Shown: piece after piece, positions 14,067-23,622 of the stretch
How the letters are laid out: each line of letters opens with the position of its first letter
Position numbering within the stretch: position 1 is the stretch's first letter
DNA from: a virus
Lineage: Duplodnaviria > Caudoviricetes
DNA length: 26,282 nucleotides
Direction: 5' to 3' (one strand)
IMG/VR virus record: IMGVR_UViG_3300045994_000154
Coordinates: 1 to 26,282 of that record
Notes under the pieces: model-generated
What the model was told of the DNA's origin: nothing
The model's database searches: none
Seen by the model: the letters and a program-made list of their open reading frames with translations, nothing else
Translations under genes and position numbers: made by a program

Positions 14067-16576
14067 GACATAAATCTCATTGCGCATGTAATAGCGGCTT
14101 CAAAAGCCGTTGCATCAGTCTTGGACTGTGCTTCGTCTGCTGCCGCTTCGTTCATTAAATCTGATGCTTTGTAATCCTGCCCTTCAAACCGGACAACCGC
14201 ATCAGGGTTTTTGCTTATAAAATTCATCGCGCCTACTTGTTCAGGGGTTTCTGGCATGAAGCCGCTTGGTTCTGCCGTGGGCTCTGTATCCGCGCTGGCA
14301 TTCTCTGTGTTGTCTGTCGAATCAGTGATGGGCTGTTCGGAGTCCTGCTTTGCTATGTTCCTTTCAGCTATCATGTCGTTAATATCGTCACGCCAGGACA
14401 TTACATCATCAAAGCTGTTTAAGTCGCCACGTGCTATTGCATCATTAATGACCTTTCCTAGCCCTAATCCCTGAGCGTCCTCAACCAGCGTTGATATTTC
14501 ATGAGCAAGCCCGCGCTGTTCTTCACTAAACTGACTATTATGAAAATCCTCATCACCCTTAGCTACGTCAGATAACGCGCTTAAAATTCTCTTTTGTCGT
14601 GATGTGATTTTCTCACCAGCATTATATCGGTCAACCGCTGTTTTTATATCCTGAACCGTTGGCGATGTCTTTAGCTCTTCCCCGTCCTTGCCAAGTATTT
14701 TAAATGCCCCGTCCTTATACCAATCTGGATTAACTGATGGTGTTCTTCCTGTTATCGTGCCATGTTCATCAAAAGCATAAGCAATACCACCGCCTTTCTC
14801 TAACTCACTAGCTAATGATGATATGGCCGGATGATACTCTGGCTCTTGTTTCCCATTTGTTATGCTGATATTTTTATCATTAAATACGACAAGATTATCA
14901 TGGTCTGACTTTCCTTTATCTGCTTTATATTTGACACCCTCTATGCCGAGGCTTTCAAGATAACTAGATACCTCTTTATCGCTTTTAAACTTTTCAGATT
15001 TAACTAGAAATTTATATAAGTCTCCACCTGTCGAACCTTTAAAACCTAAATTGTCTGCTAATAATTTATTTATGATCGGGTTTACTTTTTCGCCCTGGTC
15101 GTAAATACTTTGATACCAGTCAAGCATTTTATCTTTGCTTACACTAAGACTTACCTTGTGAAATGAACCTTGATCTTTTAATGCCGTTAATGTTTCTGGT
15201 GATAAATCCCAATTCTTAGGATGTAGTAAAGCTTCAGATATAGCTTGGTGAGGATAGTCAAAGCCTAACCAATCGTCATTTTTAAGTGCCTTAATAAGAT
15301 CCTTTTGTTTTTCAGACAATCCGTCAATGCTTAATAATGAATCTTCAGCATCTTGTGGTGAGTATGTTTCATCGTAAGAGTCTTTCGCTTTATTAATGAA
15401 GTCATTAGCCGTTAATCCGGTTCTATATCCGTCGGCTATGCCTTCGGATTCAGTAAAATATAAACCATGTCCGAACGCTTGGGCGCCCTCTCCAGTTCCT
15501 ATTTTATCGCTTGAGAACGTGTCAAACTGGTGAGGACTACCATGATAAGCCGTAATAGTCTCTATAATTGGCTCTTGCCCTTTAACAAACGACTCTCTAA
15601 CACTAGACTGAATCTCATCAACCGCCGTTCCATCGATCGGCAGTGCACCATTAACCTCAACAGGCTGTCCCGCGTCTAATGCCTGTCGTGCGGTTCCCTG
15701 CTCGTCTGCTGCTGCATTGGCTGCGTTTATGTCTCCGCGTGGAGTCAGTGCGTCCGCGTCCCTTGTTTGAGCCTCGTTGAGCAACAGTGCTGCGGCGTGT
15801 TCGTCAGGTGATAGCTTTGCCCCACCTTGATGAAAAGCCGCGCCAAATGCCCCGCCAGTGAGGGCAGAAACAGCAATAGCCATTGGATCAAAAGCGTCGT
15901 ACTGTGCGGCAATCTTTGGATAGTCTGCATGTTCAAGTATGGCGTGAATACCGCCTATTTCCCCGACTGTCATTAATGGGTTGATCGATGCGCCAATGGC
16001 TGCGCTTTGTAAGCGCGTGGCTCCCAAAGCTGGCGCGACCTTTAATCCTGCGAACCCGGCAATAGTAGACACGCCCCCGGCATTAGCCGCTGTCTCAGGG
16101 TCAACGCCTTGGTCCATTAATTCTTGTTGCCGGTTTACGCCTAAGTCTAAGCCGAACATTACGGGCGCCGCTGGCCCGGTTGTAAGCGTGTAAGCGCCGG
16201 CCTTGATTAAACTCGATGCTACTCCATGAACGACTTGCCCGGCAATCCCTACCGCCGACGGGTCAGGCTTCCAATTTTCCGCCGACTGCCTAAACTGCTT
16301 CGCGGTCTCATCCGTACCTGATGCCCCTAGAATATCACCGCGTAGGCTTGGCTGCTTCTTCATGGAAGCGTTGTTGTATTCCTCCATGCCCCTCTGACCA
16401 ATGGCATACGCGCCTACGGCATAGCTTGCCATTGTATTGGCTGTGTACGGAACTGAATAAATTAGAGCGCTACCAACACCAGTTAAGAACCCCGGCGTTG
16501 GCGCTTCGTCCTCTGGCCTTAGAACAGATTGATTAAGCGAGTTGTTTAATTTTTCTGGGTAGAGTTGATCGAACAT
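14063..16576 (-). CDS. Internal virion/ejection protein with an inserted ART-PolyVal-like ADP-ribosyltransferase domain
   Basis: Gly/Ala-rich hydrophobic N-terminal half and a C-terminal FEAAITC.MR typical of this gene position. Internal AYHGSPHQFD.F...IGTGEGAQAFGHGLYFTE...GIEGVKY...NLVVF at about 14860-15556. Confidence 0.8.
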   Translation of the reverse strand: MFDQLYPEKLNNSLNQSVLRPEDEAPTPGFLTGVGSALIYSVPYTANTMASYAVGAYAIGQRGMEEYNNASMKKQPSLRGDILGASGTDETAKQFRQSAENWKPDPSAVGIAGQVVHGVASSLIKAGAYTLTTGPAAPVMFGLDLGVNRQQELMDQGVDPETAANAGGVSTIAGFAGLKVAPALGATRLQSAAIGASINPLMTVGEIGGIHAILEHADYPKIAAQYDAFDPMAIAVSALTGGAFGAAFHQGGAKLSPDEHAAALLLNEAQTRDADALTPRGDINAANAAADEQGTARQALDAGQPVEVNGALPIDGTAVDEIQSSVRESFVKGQEPIIETITAYHGSPHQFDTFSSDKIGTGEGAQAFGHGLYFTESEGIADGYRTGLTANDFINKAKDSYDETYSPQDAEDSLLSIDGLSEKQKDLIKALKNDDWLGFDYPHQAISEALLHPKNWDLSPETLTALKDQGSFHKVSLSVSKDKMLDWYQSIYDQGEKVNPIINKLLADNLGFKGSTGGDLYKFLVKSEKFKSDKEVSSYLESLGIEGVKYKADKGKSDHDNLVVFNDKNISITNGKQEPEYHPAISSLASELEKGGGIAYAFDEHGTITGRTPSVNPDWYKDGAFKILGKDGEELKTSPTVQDIKTAVDRYNAGEKITSRQKRILSALSDVAKGDEDFHNSQFSEEQRGLAHEISTLVEDAQGLGLGKVINDAIARGDLNSFDDVMSWRDDINDMIAERNIAKQDSEQPITDSTDNTENASADTEPTAEPSGFMPETPEQVGAMNFISKNPDAVVRFEGQDYKASDLMNEAAADEAQSKTDATAFEAAITCAMRFMS

Positions 16577-19542
16577 TATTTAGTTCCCTCAACGCGCTTT
16601 CCATCTGGAAATTGTATTGACGTGCCTTTGTGTTCTATATTCCTAAAATAATCTTCTAACTCCTTTCTTGTATGAGTCTTTAAGTTGTGCGCTGATGGTA
16701 TAAATGTCCACCCGTTTTTATCTGATCCTGACCACTCCCCACCCTGCCTAGTTGGATTTGAGTATCTGCTTTCGGTGCTGAAAGTATAGTGATTAGGTAA
16801 CTTAAACTCATCAGTTAAATGCTGTCCTTTTTTTTGATATGGTTGCCCATATTTTGCAACATAACCGGCGGTATCATATTCACCTGGTATTTTTTCCCAC
16901 CCATTAGGCGGTTCTGGGTTTGCTGGTGCTGGACTTTTCCCGGTTACATCAAGGATGAAAGGCGCGTTATCTTTACCACGCACAACATCATTTCCACTCA
17001 TAACCAAGTACGTGCCGCTGCCGTAAGTTTGCAGCCTTGCCCCCGGTAACATCTTGGTAAATTGTTCAGCATCAACCTTATGACCGCCGACATTGAATTG
17101 ATTGCCAGCAAAGAATATATTGGCCTTTGTTTTTTCACTAATTAAAGCGTCAGAAAATTGACTATCTGACCAGCCGTAAGGCTTAGCGATAGCCTTGCCG
17201 TTATGTTGCTTGATTCCACCTGTGGCAATATCAACCGCCTTGTTTACGTTTCCATTGCCGTCTGCCTGATACTTTGCCCATATTCCGTAAGCTGCCTCCG
17301 CTGCTGCATCCCTACCTTGTGGCGTTTGATATACTCCATCAATGGCCTTAAATATTGATGCTTTCGTCCCCTCCTCCGCCATATTATCAATCTTGACGCG
17401 CTTCTGTTCGATCGCATCTTTGCCTTGAAGATAAAGAGTAGCCGCATTTCTGCCCGGTGTAGTGCCACTAAAAAATCCCTTTTCATCCGGCTCTTGATAT
17501 GATGAAAGCATGGCGGCAATAGACAAAGTATCGTGCTTGTCTTTAAGCTGCCTTGATATTGATGCAATCGCAGCCGGTGAAGATGACGACACCATATTAC
17601 CTAGCATTGCCGCCTTTTCTTCTGGTTGTAATGATTCTGCAAACTTACCAAATGCTTCGGCCTCATCATTAGACAGTATCGCCGGTGTCGTACCGTAGTC
17701 GCTGGCTATTTTTGGCATTGCATCGAATCGCTTTTTAAAGTTGTCGCTCACGTCCTGAGGATTGCCCCAATTTTGAATTGGTGCTATGCCATAAGCTGGA
17801 TTCGTTAAAGCAACGCCCACCGGATCTTTATCTCGTACCGTTTGCGTATGCTGAACCGCCGCTTGTAACAAACTGTAATTCTTGGCTCTCAGCGCGTACC
17901 CTTCACCTGGAACTGGCTTGCTATCAATTAATAGCTGGTTCGCGTCGGCGTTAGGCATGTTCTTAACTTGTTGGAGTTGGCCGCCAAAGGTTGCCGTATC
18001 TTTTAGCCCTTGATAACGCCTTACGCCTTCATCCTGACCAAATGCTTTTATAAAATCGGCCTGTTTCGGTGGATTTGTGGCTGTACCATTGGTTAAATAC
18101 TCGGCTTCTGCATCCTTGGTCTGTGAGTTTAACGCATCCCTAAGCCCTGACATATCCTGCCGCGCTTGTGATTGTGCCATTTGCAGAACCTTAAGCTTTT
18201 TATCAGGTGGCAAAGCATCAATAACACTGTTTCCGGTTTGTATTGTTGGGTCTTTCCAACTTTTAGACTCTGCATCAATGGTTTTAACTTCGCTTTTCTC
18301 TGGCATAACACCACTAATACCGGCGCTTATTTGCTGATCGGAATAGGGTTGATGACCATTTTCAACCTTAATCATTGCCGGAATCATCTTGGCTTGAATC
18401 TCTGGCGATTGCAGGTCTATATTGTCGGTAGGTTTAACGCCAATGGCTTTAGCTACCGTGGCAATGTAGCTATTAGTATCATTCTCGCTTGCTGGCGCCC
18501 ATCGTGAAATAGCCCCCTCAACGGTATTAATGCCGTGATTATTCTGGTATGAATTCAGGGTTTTTGACATGGCACGTATGCCAGCTTCCGGCGTGTCAAA
18601 GGTAGCATAACGCGCGTCTAATCCTTGAACCTGTCCTTGCCACTTATCATTCCCCGACATTGATATGTTGCCAGGGTTATTATTCCTGATTCCTCTCGGC
18701 TGGCTTGGGTCCGCTGAATGTAACGCCTCAACCTTGCCGACTCCGCCATCATTATTGATCTGTATCGCAAGCAAAGGGGCAGCAGTATTAAACAGATCAT
18801 CGCCCATCCGGTCGCGTTGCAATGGAGTCATTGCGCCTTGACTAGATTGAAAGTGCTGTAAAGCGCCTACAGGGTCGGACTGTTGCCATGCTTTATACCT
18901 GTCGGTAAAAGCCTTGTCTGTATAATTCCTCTTTTGAAGTTCAATAGTCTTAGCATCCCACCCTTGCAAGTGGCCCTGTATGTCGGCTTCTTCGTGGGCG
19001 GTTCCTAATGACTTGTTAAACGACTCTTGGTCTTGGTAATTGCTTGCCGCATCCTGCAATGAAACCTCAGCGCGTGACTGAGATGTATTAATCTGCCAAT
19101 TATGATTTTGAGTTGCCGCGTGATTCTGCATTGTGACCGAAGCCGATGCAATACGATCTGAAAATATGTGGTTTGCAATGGCCTTTGATTCTGGCGAATT
19201 AAGCTTGTCAAGCTGGTCACTCTTAAATTGAGCTATCTTGTCATTGGTTGGCTGGTATGCATCTAGTGCATTCTTGCCAGATGTGGTCAGATACCCGTTA
19301 TTAGGATCGTGCAGGATATTATTTAGACCTTGGGTAAACTCAACGTCCTGAGCGCGTGAGTCTTGTACAGCCATTTGCTCACCGATTTGTGAAGTTACGT
19401 GGCTCATTTGTACAAGGTCTTGCCCCATTTCTTTGCCAAACTGCCCAACAAGTTCAGGATGTGCGTTTGGCGTTGAGAACCCAGGAGTAGGTGCTTGGCT
19501 TGCGCCTACTCTAAAACTGTCGTATGTTGGTACTACTGGCAT
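16576..19542 (-). CDS. Internal virion/ejection protein with a lysozyme-like muralytic domain and an extra C-terminal domain
   Basis: MP.VPTY start, G.NALD motif, and RGIRNNNPGNI...F.TPE.GIRAM...I.RWAP..ENDT..Y...ENG at about 18330-18700. Confidence 0.85.
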   Translation of the reverse strand: MPVVPTYDSFRVGASQAPTPGFSTPNAHPELVGQFGKEMGQDLVQMSHVTSQIGEQMAVQDSRAQDVEFTQGLNNILHDPNNGYLTTSGKNALDAYQPTNDKIAQFKSDQLDKLNSPESKAIANHIFSDRIASASVTMQNHAATQNHNWQINTSQSRAEVSLQDAASNYQDQESFNKSLGTAHEEADIQGHLQGWDAKTIELQKRNYTDKAFTDRYKAWQQSDPVGALQHFQSSQGAMTPLQRDRMGDDLFNTAAPLLAIQINNDGGVGKVEALHSADPSQPRGIRNNNPGNISMSGNDKWQGQVQGLDARYATFDTPEAGIRAMSKTLNSYQNNHGINTVEGAISRWAPASENDTNSYIATVAKAIGVKPTDNIDLQSPEIQAKMIPAMIKVENGHQPYSDQQISAGISGVMPEKSEVKTIDAESKSWKDPTIQTGNSVIDALPPDKKLKVLQMAQSQARQDMSGLRDALNSQTKDAEAEYLTNGTATNPPKQADFIKAFGQDEGVRRYQGLKDTATFGGQLQQVKNMPNADANQLLIDSKPVPGEGYALRAKNYSLLQAAVQHTQTVRDKDPVGVALTNPAYGIAPIQNWGNPQDVSDNFKKRFDAMPKIASDYGTTPAILSNDEAEAFGKFAESLQPEEKAAMLGNMVSSSSPAAIASISRQLKDKHDTLSIAAMLSSYQEPDEKGFFSGTTPGRNAATLYLQGKDAIEQKRVKIDNMAEEGTKASIFKAIDGVYQTPQGRDAAAEAAYGIWAKYQADGNGNVNKAVDIATGGIKQHNGKAIAKPYGWSDSQFSDALISEKTKANIFFAGNQFNVGGHKVDAEQFTKMLPGARLQTYGSGTYLVMSGNDVVRGKDNAPFILDVTGKSPAPANPEPPNGWEKIPGEYDTAGYVAKYGQPYQKKGQHLTDEFKLPNHYTFSTESRYSNPTRQGGEWSGSDKNGWTFIPSAHNLKTHTRKELEDYFRNIEHKGTSIQFPDGKRVEGTK

Positions 19543-20147
19543 TACATACCACCTTTATTAAAATAATCTGACATATACGTCATCCTTTGATTAGTGTACC
19601 AATTACTTGCTACCTGGGTAGCGCCTGACATCAATGATGTTGTTGCGCTTCCTATTGGTGATATTGAACTAGCTCCGGCGCGGGCCGCTAATGATTGGTT
19701 TTGATAATTAACGCCCTGCATCCGGTAGCCCCATGCGTTCTTAACCGTGTTAGCGTTGGCTTGGTTAACATCAATCTCTTTCATGATGTCGGTCGATGCT
19801 TGAACCTCGGCCGCGCTGCCTGTGCCAAGATCAATGCCATTGGCCGCCATGCTTGCACGCTGAGAACTTTTAAGCTGTCCCGCTTGTAGAGTTAAGTTTG
19901 CTATTTCCTTCTGGCCTTGATTAAGCGCGGATTGTGCGCCCATTTCCGATATTCTGGCGTTAGTATCATCGATTACAGCTTGAGTTTGTAACTGGTATTT
20001 ATTAGCTTTGGCTTGGTAAAAACTGCCAATTCCAGAAGATAATGCTCCACCTATGCCCAGTGCTAATGATGCGCCACTAAACCCGCCGAATCCTCCACCG
20101 CCACCAGTAAAGCCACCAAAACCTCCAAATGTTCCGTAAGCTGCCAT
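19542..20147 (-). CDS. Small internal virion protein (T7 gp14-position equivalent)
   Basis: Gly-rich hydrophobic N-terminus and the Q.A.MAANGIDL..GSA motif. First gene after the nozzle. Confidence 0.8.
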   Translation of the reverse strand: MAAYGTFGGFGGFTGGGGGFGGFSGASLALGIGGALSSGIGSFYQAKANKYQLQTQAVIDDTNARISEMGAQSALNQGQKEIANLTLQAGQLKSSQRASMAANGIDLGTGSAAEVQASTDIMKEIDVNQANANTVKNAWGYRMQGVNYQNQSLAARAGASSISPIGSATTSLMSGATQVASNWYTNQRMTYMSDYFNKGGM

Positions 20148-20172
20148 CTATTTAACTCCTATGTTTTGCATA

Positions 20173-22215
20173 TTATCCACCCAAAGCAACTTCTAATGTA
20201 TAGCTTGCCAGTGTTAGCGGTAGCGGGTCAGTTTGCCGAATGAAGATTTGCCCTGACATTCCCCAAGTCGGTGTTAATACCACTTCTATTTCTTCACTTT
20301 TAAGATTTGGTGGTGTGCCGTATGGCTCGACTGTTCGCTGTTTTACAGGAACCAGGTTATTTACATCAGGGCCGACATTAATACCAGATGAGCGATAGAC
20401 TCGAAGCCATGCTTTGTTTACATTCTTTGGCCTACCTTGCCCGAAGCTGTAATCAACCTGTAGAGCAAGCGGCAATGTTTGAATATCGGATGTAATGGGT
20501 AGACCGATTTGAGCCTTGCTAGCTGTATATTCAAGAGTGATTTGACCAGCAGTAACAACAACAGGCGGATGCACTGCGCCATCAGTCAAGACATTAACGG
20601 TTTTTCCTTCCAGGTGTGAAAGTCCGGATATAACCGTAGCCGGTGCACCGTTGTAAGTTAGTCCAGCATCAACAAAAAATGCATCGGCAGGGTCAACAAA
20701 TTGCCGTGATACCATGCGCTCAACATAACGCACCGAAGCGCCGTTAATAGTACGTCTGATAATGCAATACAAAATATCTTCTGTACCCTCTGAAACCACT
20801 GCACATGACTCAAAAACTCCGTCCGTGTCGTGTTGATGCCAAGCTCCAATTTGCTGCTCAGGAACGTAGGTAATGCCCAGTAAATTACCAGCCGATGAAA
20901 CCATCCACACAACAGGCAAAGGTGCCTTGCTGTATGACATGCTTACAACGTCGAGATTATCGAACAGGTGTGGCGCACGTAATGACAAATCACCGCTTAT
21001 AAATCCATTCGCTTGCCAGTTATAAGCACATTCCCGGATATGACCGCCACGTGCCGCCGCATAAAGTAATGTGTTATTGATGACTACAGGTTGAACATTG
21101 TTACATCCAATATATGATTGCGGCCTTACTGATATTGTTTTTGGTGTAATTGCGTCAGAGTTAACCGATGTTACGCGCCACTCAGCCGCGCTTGTCAATA
21201 ATAATAGCTGTGTTAATGGCACAATATGCCTGATTGAATTCGCCTCTCTAGCTGCCACCCTGAACGCTATGCGGTCATCATCCCGAATCGGTAACGAATA
21301 ACTCATAACCGACTCGGTGCCTGATTTAGTCATCCATATATTTTGCGGCTTGTTCAGCGTACCGGCAAAGCACCGGCGCTGTTCATAATAAGAAACTGAC
21401 GAAGGGTAATCATTAGCTGAATTAAATACAGCGTCATAAATGGGCGGTGTCTTGCTTAAATCAGGTGCTATGTTGTCATCCTTGAGCGACAGCGTAGCAG
21501 TCTGACCAATGTAACCGTAAAGCCCGCCAGTCTGCTTATACACGTTATACAGCGCTGCGCCGGTTACTGCACCCCATGAAATTGTATTGAATTGTCCAGT
21601 GGTGAAAATATTGTTTGTGCAAGTCGCCGCTGTGGATTGTGCCGACTCTGATATGTTGTCAGTCATTATTGTAGTCACAACATACGAGTAAGCCAGCGCA
21701 CCCGCTCCGGTAGGAGTTGCCGTTGGTGCCGTTGGTGCCGCGATAGGTGCCGCAAATGATATTGTCGTTAGTGTCCAGTTCAATGCGCCAATTCTGCGCA
21801 ACTCTCTGGGCGCATAGCCTGGATGCACAATCGTTAAAACATCAGCAGACTGAACATAATGCAAGTCCATAAGGTCGGCTTCGGCATACGGGTTAGTTAT
21901 CTCGTATGGAACACCGACAGAAAGGAGCGTTGAGCCATTAGTATGGAAGCGGAAATAACCGGCGCCACACTCAATCATCATGGTTTGAGTCGTCGAGTAA
22001 GTGAACGGTATTAGGTTTACTTTTTTAGTCGAGTCTTTGACCTCCCTAACAAACTGGAAACCAGACCTATTCTGCGCTGGGCCTTGTGGTTTAACTACAA
22101 AGTTTCGACATGTAGCAAGGCCAGCCTGAAATTTAGCGTCATCAATACGCCCAAACATCTCTGGGCTGATCTCGCCACCTGTGAAGGCTCTTTGTAAAGT
22201 GCGTGTGTTAGCCAT
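20173..22215 (-). CDS. Tail tubular protein B / nozzle
   Basis: Motifs F.GGEISP...GR.D, QSADVL..VH..Y.P, YPS.V.YYEQR and Q.DPLPLT. Confidence 0.9.
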   Translation of the reverse strand: MANTRTLQRAFTGGEISPEMFGRIDDAKFQAGLATCRNFVVKPQGPAQNRSGFQFVREVKDSTKKVNLIPFTYSTTQTMMIECGAGYFRFHTNGSTLLSVGVPYEITNPYAEADLMDLHYVQSADVLTIVHPGYAPRELRRIGALNWTLTTISFAAPIAAPTAPTATPTGAGALAYSYVVTTIMTDNISESAQSTAATCTNNIFTTGQFNTISWGAVTGAALYNVYKQTGGLYGYIGQTATLSLKDDNIAPDLSKTPPIYDAVFNSANDYPSSVSYYEQRRCFAGTLNKPQNIWMTKSGTESVMSYSLPIRDDDRIAFRVAAREANSIRHIVPLTQLLLLTSAAEWRVTSVNSDAITPKTISVRPQSYIGCNNVQPVVINNTLLYAAARGGHIRECAYNWQANGFISGDLSLRAPHLFDNLDVVSMSYSKAPLPVVWMVSSAGNLLGITYVPEQQIGAWHQHDTDGVFESCAVVSEGTEDILYCIIRRTINGASVRYVERMVSRQFVDPADAFFVDAGLTYNGAPATVISGLSHLEGKTVNVLTDGAVHPPVVVTAGQITLEYTASKAQIGLPITSDIQTLPLALQVDYSFGQGRPKNVNKAWLRVYRSSGINVGPDVNNLVPVKQRTVEPYGTPPNLKSEEIEVVLTPTWGMSGQIFIRQTDPLPLTLASYTLEVALGG

Positions 22216-22865
22216 TATCGTCTACTAATCCATGATACTTTTTGCTGTATATCAATGCGCCGCTGTCCTGCATCCGACTCTATAGCATTAGATAATATCT
22301 CTTTCATCATGCCCATGCACCGCTTGCTTTCAGCTGCGCCCTCTGCGCCTTTTAATATTGGCCCAGCCAGCATTGATGCCAGATACCATGCAAGAGTTAC
22401 GGTAAACAATGGGGAAAATAACGCTGCATCAGTGACCAGAGCCGTATAACGCAGTTCAGCTAATGCCTGATTGGTTAAAATTATCGGTGCGCCCGTAGCA
22501 TCTATTTCACATGAGAACGGCTGCGGAACGTATGAACCGCCAGGGGCAATGGCTGAATTAATAGCCGCTTGGCTATAGTCGTCAACCGCGCTAGGGTCAA
22601 TGATAGCTATGATATTAACCGCATCATTAGGCTGTGCATATGCATACGTCCATTCCGCATCATAAGTAGATAACAATGCCAGCTTTAGACGCTTAGTAGC
22701 AAACCCCCACGAGTGCATTTCAAGTAAAGAATCACGAGCAAAAGGGTAAAACCTAGCGCAATGTTGTGACTGTACCGAACCTTCTGGGGGATTAAGGTTT
22801 GATACCGTCGCCGTGTCGCCTATGTAAGAAAGAGCTAAATTGCAAATATCAACATCAGAACTCAT
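22215..22865 (-). CDS. Tail tubular protein A / head-tail adaptor
   Basis: S.VDICNLAL..IG...C..FY...RD.LL..H.W.FA.KR. Confidence 0.9.
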   Translation of the reverse strand: MSSDVDICNLALSYIGDTATVSNLNPPEGSVQSQHCARFYPFARDSLLEMHSWGFATKRLKLALLSTYDAEWTYAYAQPNDAVNIIAIIDPSAVDDYSQAAINSAIAPGGSYVPQPFSCEIDATGAPIILTNQALAELRYTALVTDAALFSPLFTVTLAWYLASMLAGPILKGAEGAAESKRCMGMMKEILSNAIESDAGQRRIDIQQKVSWISRR

Positions 22866-22879
22866 ATAAATCCTTAATT

Positions 22880-22904
22880 AAAAACGGGGACAAAAGCCCC
22901 CGTT
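22880..22904 (-). terminator. Intrinsic terminator after the capsid genes
   Basis: Minus strand AACGGGGGC-TTTT-GTCCCCGTT-TTT, at the usual position between head and tail genes. Confidence 0.8.
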
Positions 22905-22935
22905 AATATATTGCTAAGAATGCGGGTTAAAGCCC

Positions 22936-23097
22936 TTATTCTGGCTTAGTTACAACAGCATGGTCGATCTTTTTAGCATCAGCAGCCTTGATTAACTCAA
23001 GATTAGCCGACACCTCGCCGCTGTACTCAACGATAGCGCCTTCTTCCAAAAGCGCATTATTCACGAAAGAACGCTCTAAAACTTTATACAAAGCCAT
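22936..23097 (-). CDS. 53-aa head-module protein (absent from the ORF track)
   Basis: Translated by hand: MALYKVLERSFVNNALLEEGAIVEYSGEVSANLELIKAADAKKIDHAVVTKPE. RBS AAGGA. Confidence 0.75.
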   Translation of the reverse strand: MALYKVLERSFVNNALLEEGAIVEYSGEVSANLELIKAADAKKIDHAVVTKPE

Positions 23098-23106
23098 AAA
23101 TAATCC

Positions 23107-23610
23107 TTACAGAATAGCAAAGCCAGATGGATAGAACTTTTGACCGTCTTGAATCGCATCACCTAGGTCAGCGTAAATTGCGCCGGTTGTGTTGTTCCCC
23201 ACGTTAATAACCTGCAAGCCCAAATAACGCTGTCCTTTCAAAGCTAATTGTGGGTTTACCTCGGCAACAAAGCGAGATCCAGCAGTCAATGAGGCTACCG
23301 GAATCGCGCCAGTCGTGCCGATTACAGTAACACCAGCAGTAATGGCCGTATCCGTAGCCGATACGATGTTAAACGTTGCCGATGTGCCGCCTGTGAAAGC
23401 AGTTGGCACCTGTACCCGTAAGTACAAGGGAAGGCCCTCGCCAAGATCGCGGACGTTACCTGATGGATTGCCAGGGCTAGCCACATCGACGACATTACCG
23501 CCAGTGAAGGAGCCTGATACAACGGTAGTACCATTGCCAAAAACAGCTGCGGGCGTAATGGTATTACCGGAAATTGAACCCGCTAATGCTAATAGTGCAT
23601 CTACATACAT
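23107..23610 (-). CDS. Capsid cement/decoration protein (BPP-1 Bbp16-like)
   Basis: MYVDALL...RDLGEG.PL.L.V.V...F...RYLGL. Immediately downstream of the major capsid gene. Confidence 0.8.
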   Translation of the reverse strand: MYVDALLALAGSISGNTITPAAVFGNGTTVVSGSFTGGNVVDVASPGNPSGNVRDLGEGLPLYLRVQVPTAFTGGTSATFNIVSATDTAITAGVTVIGTTGAIPVASLTAGSRFVAEVNPQLALKGQRYLGLQVINVGNNTTGAIYADLGDAIQDGQKFYPSGFAIL

Positions 23611-23622
23611 GATAATTACTCC

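Noticed and set aside
20150-20175. Third copy of the late-promoter motif (TATGCAAAAC on the minus strand)
   Set aside because: Only ATGCA matches, and there is no -10 box at the conserved spacing.
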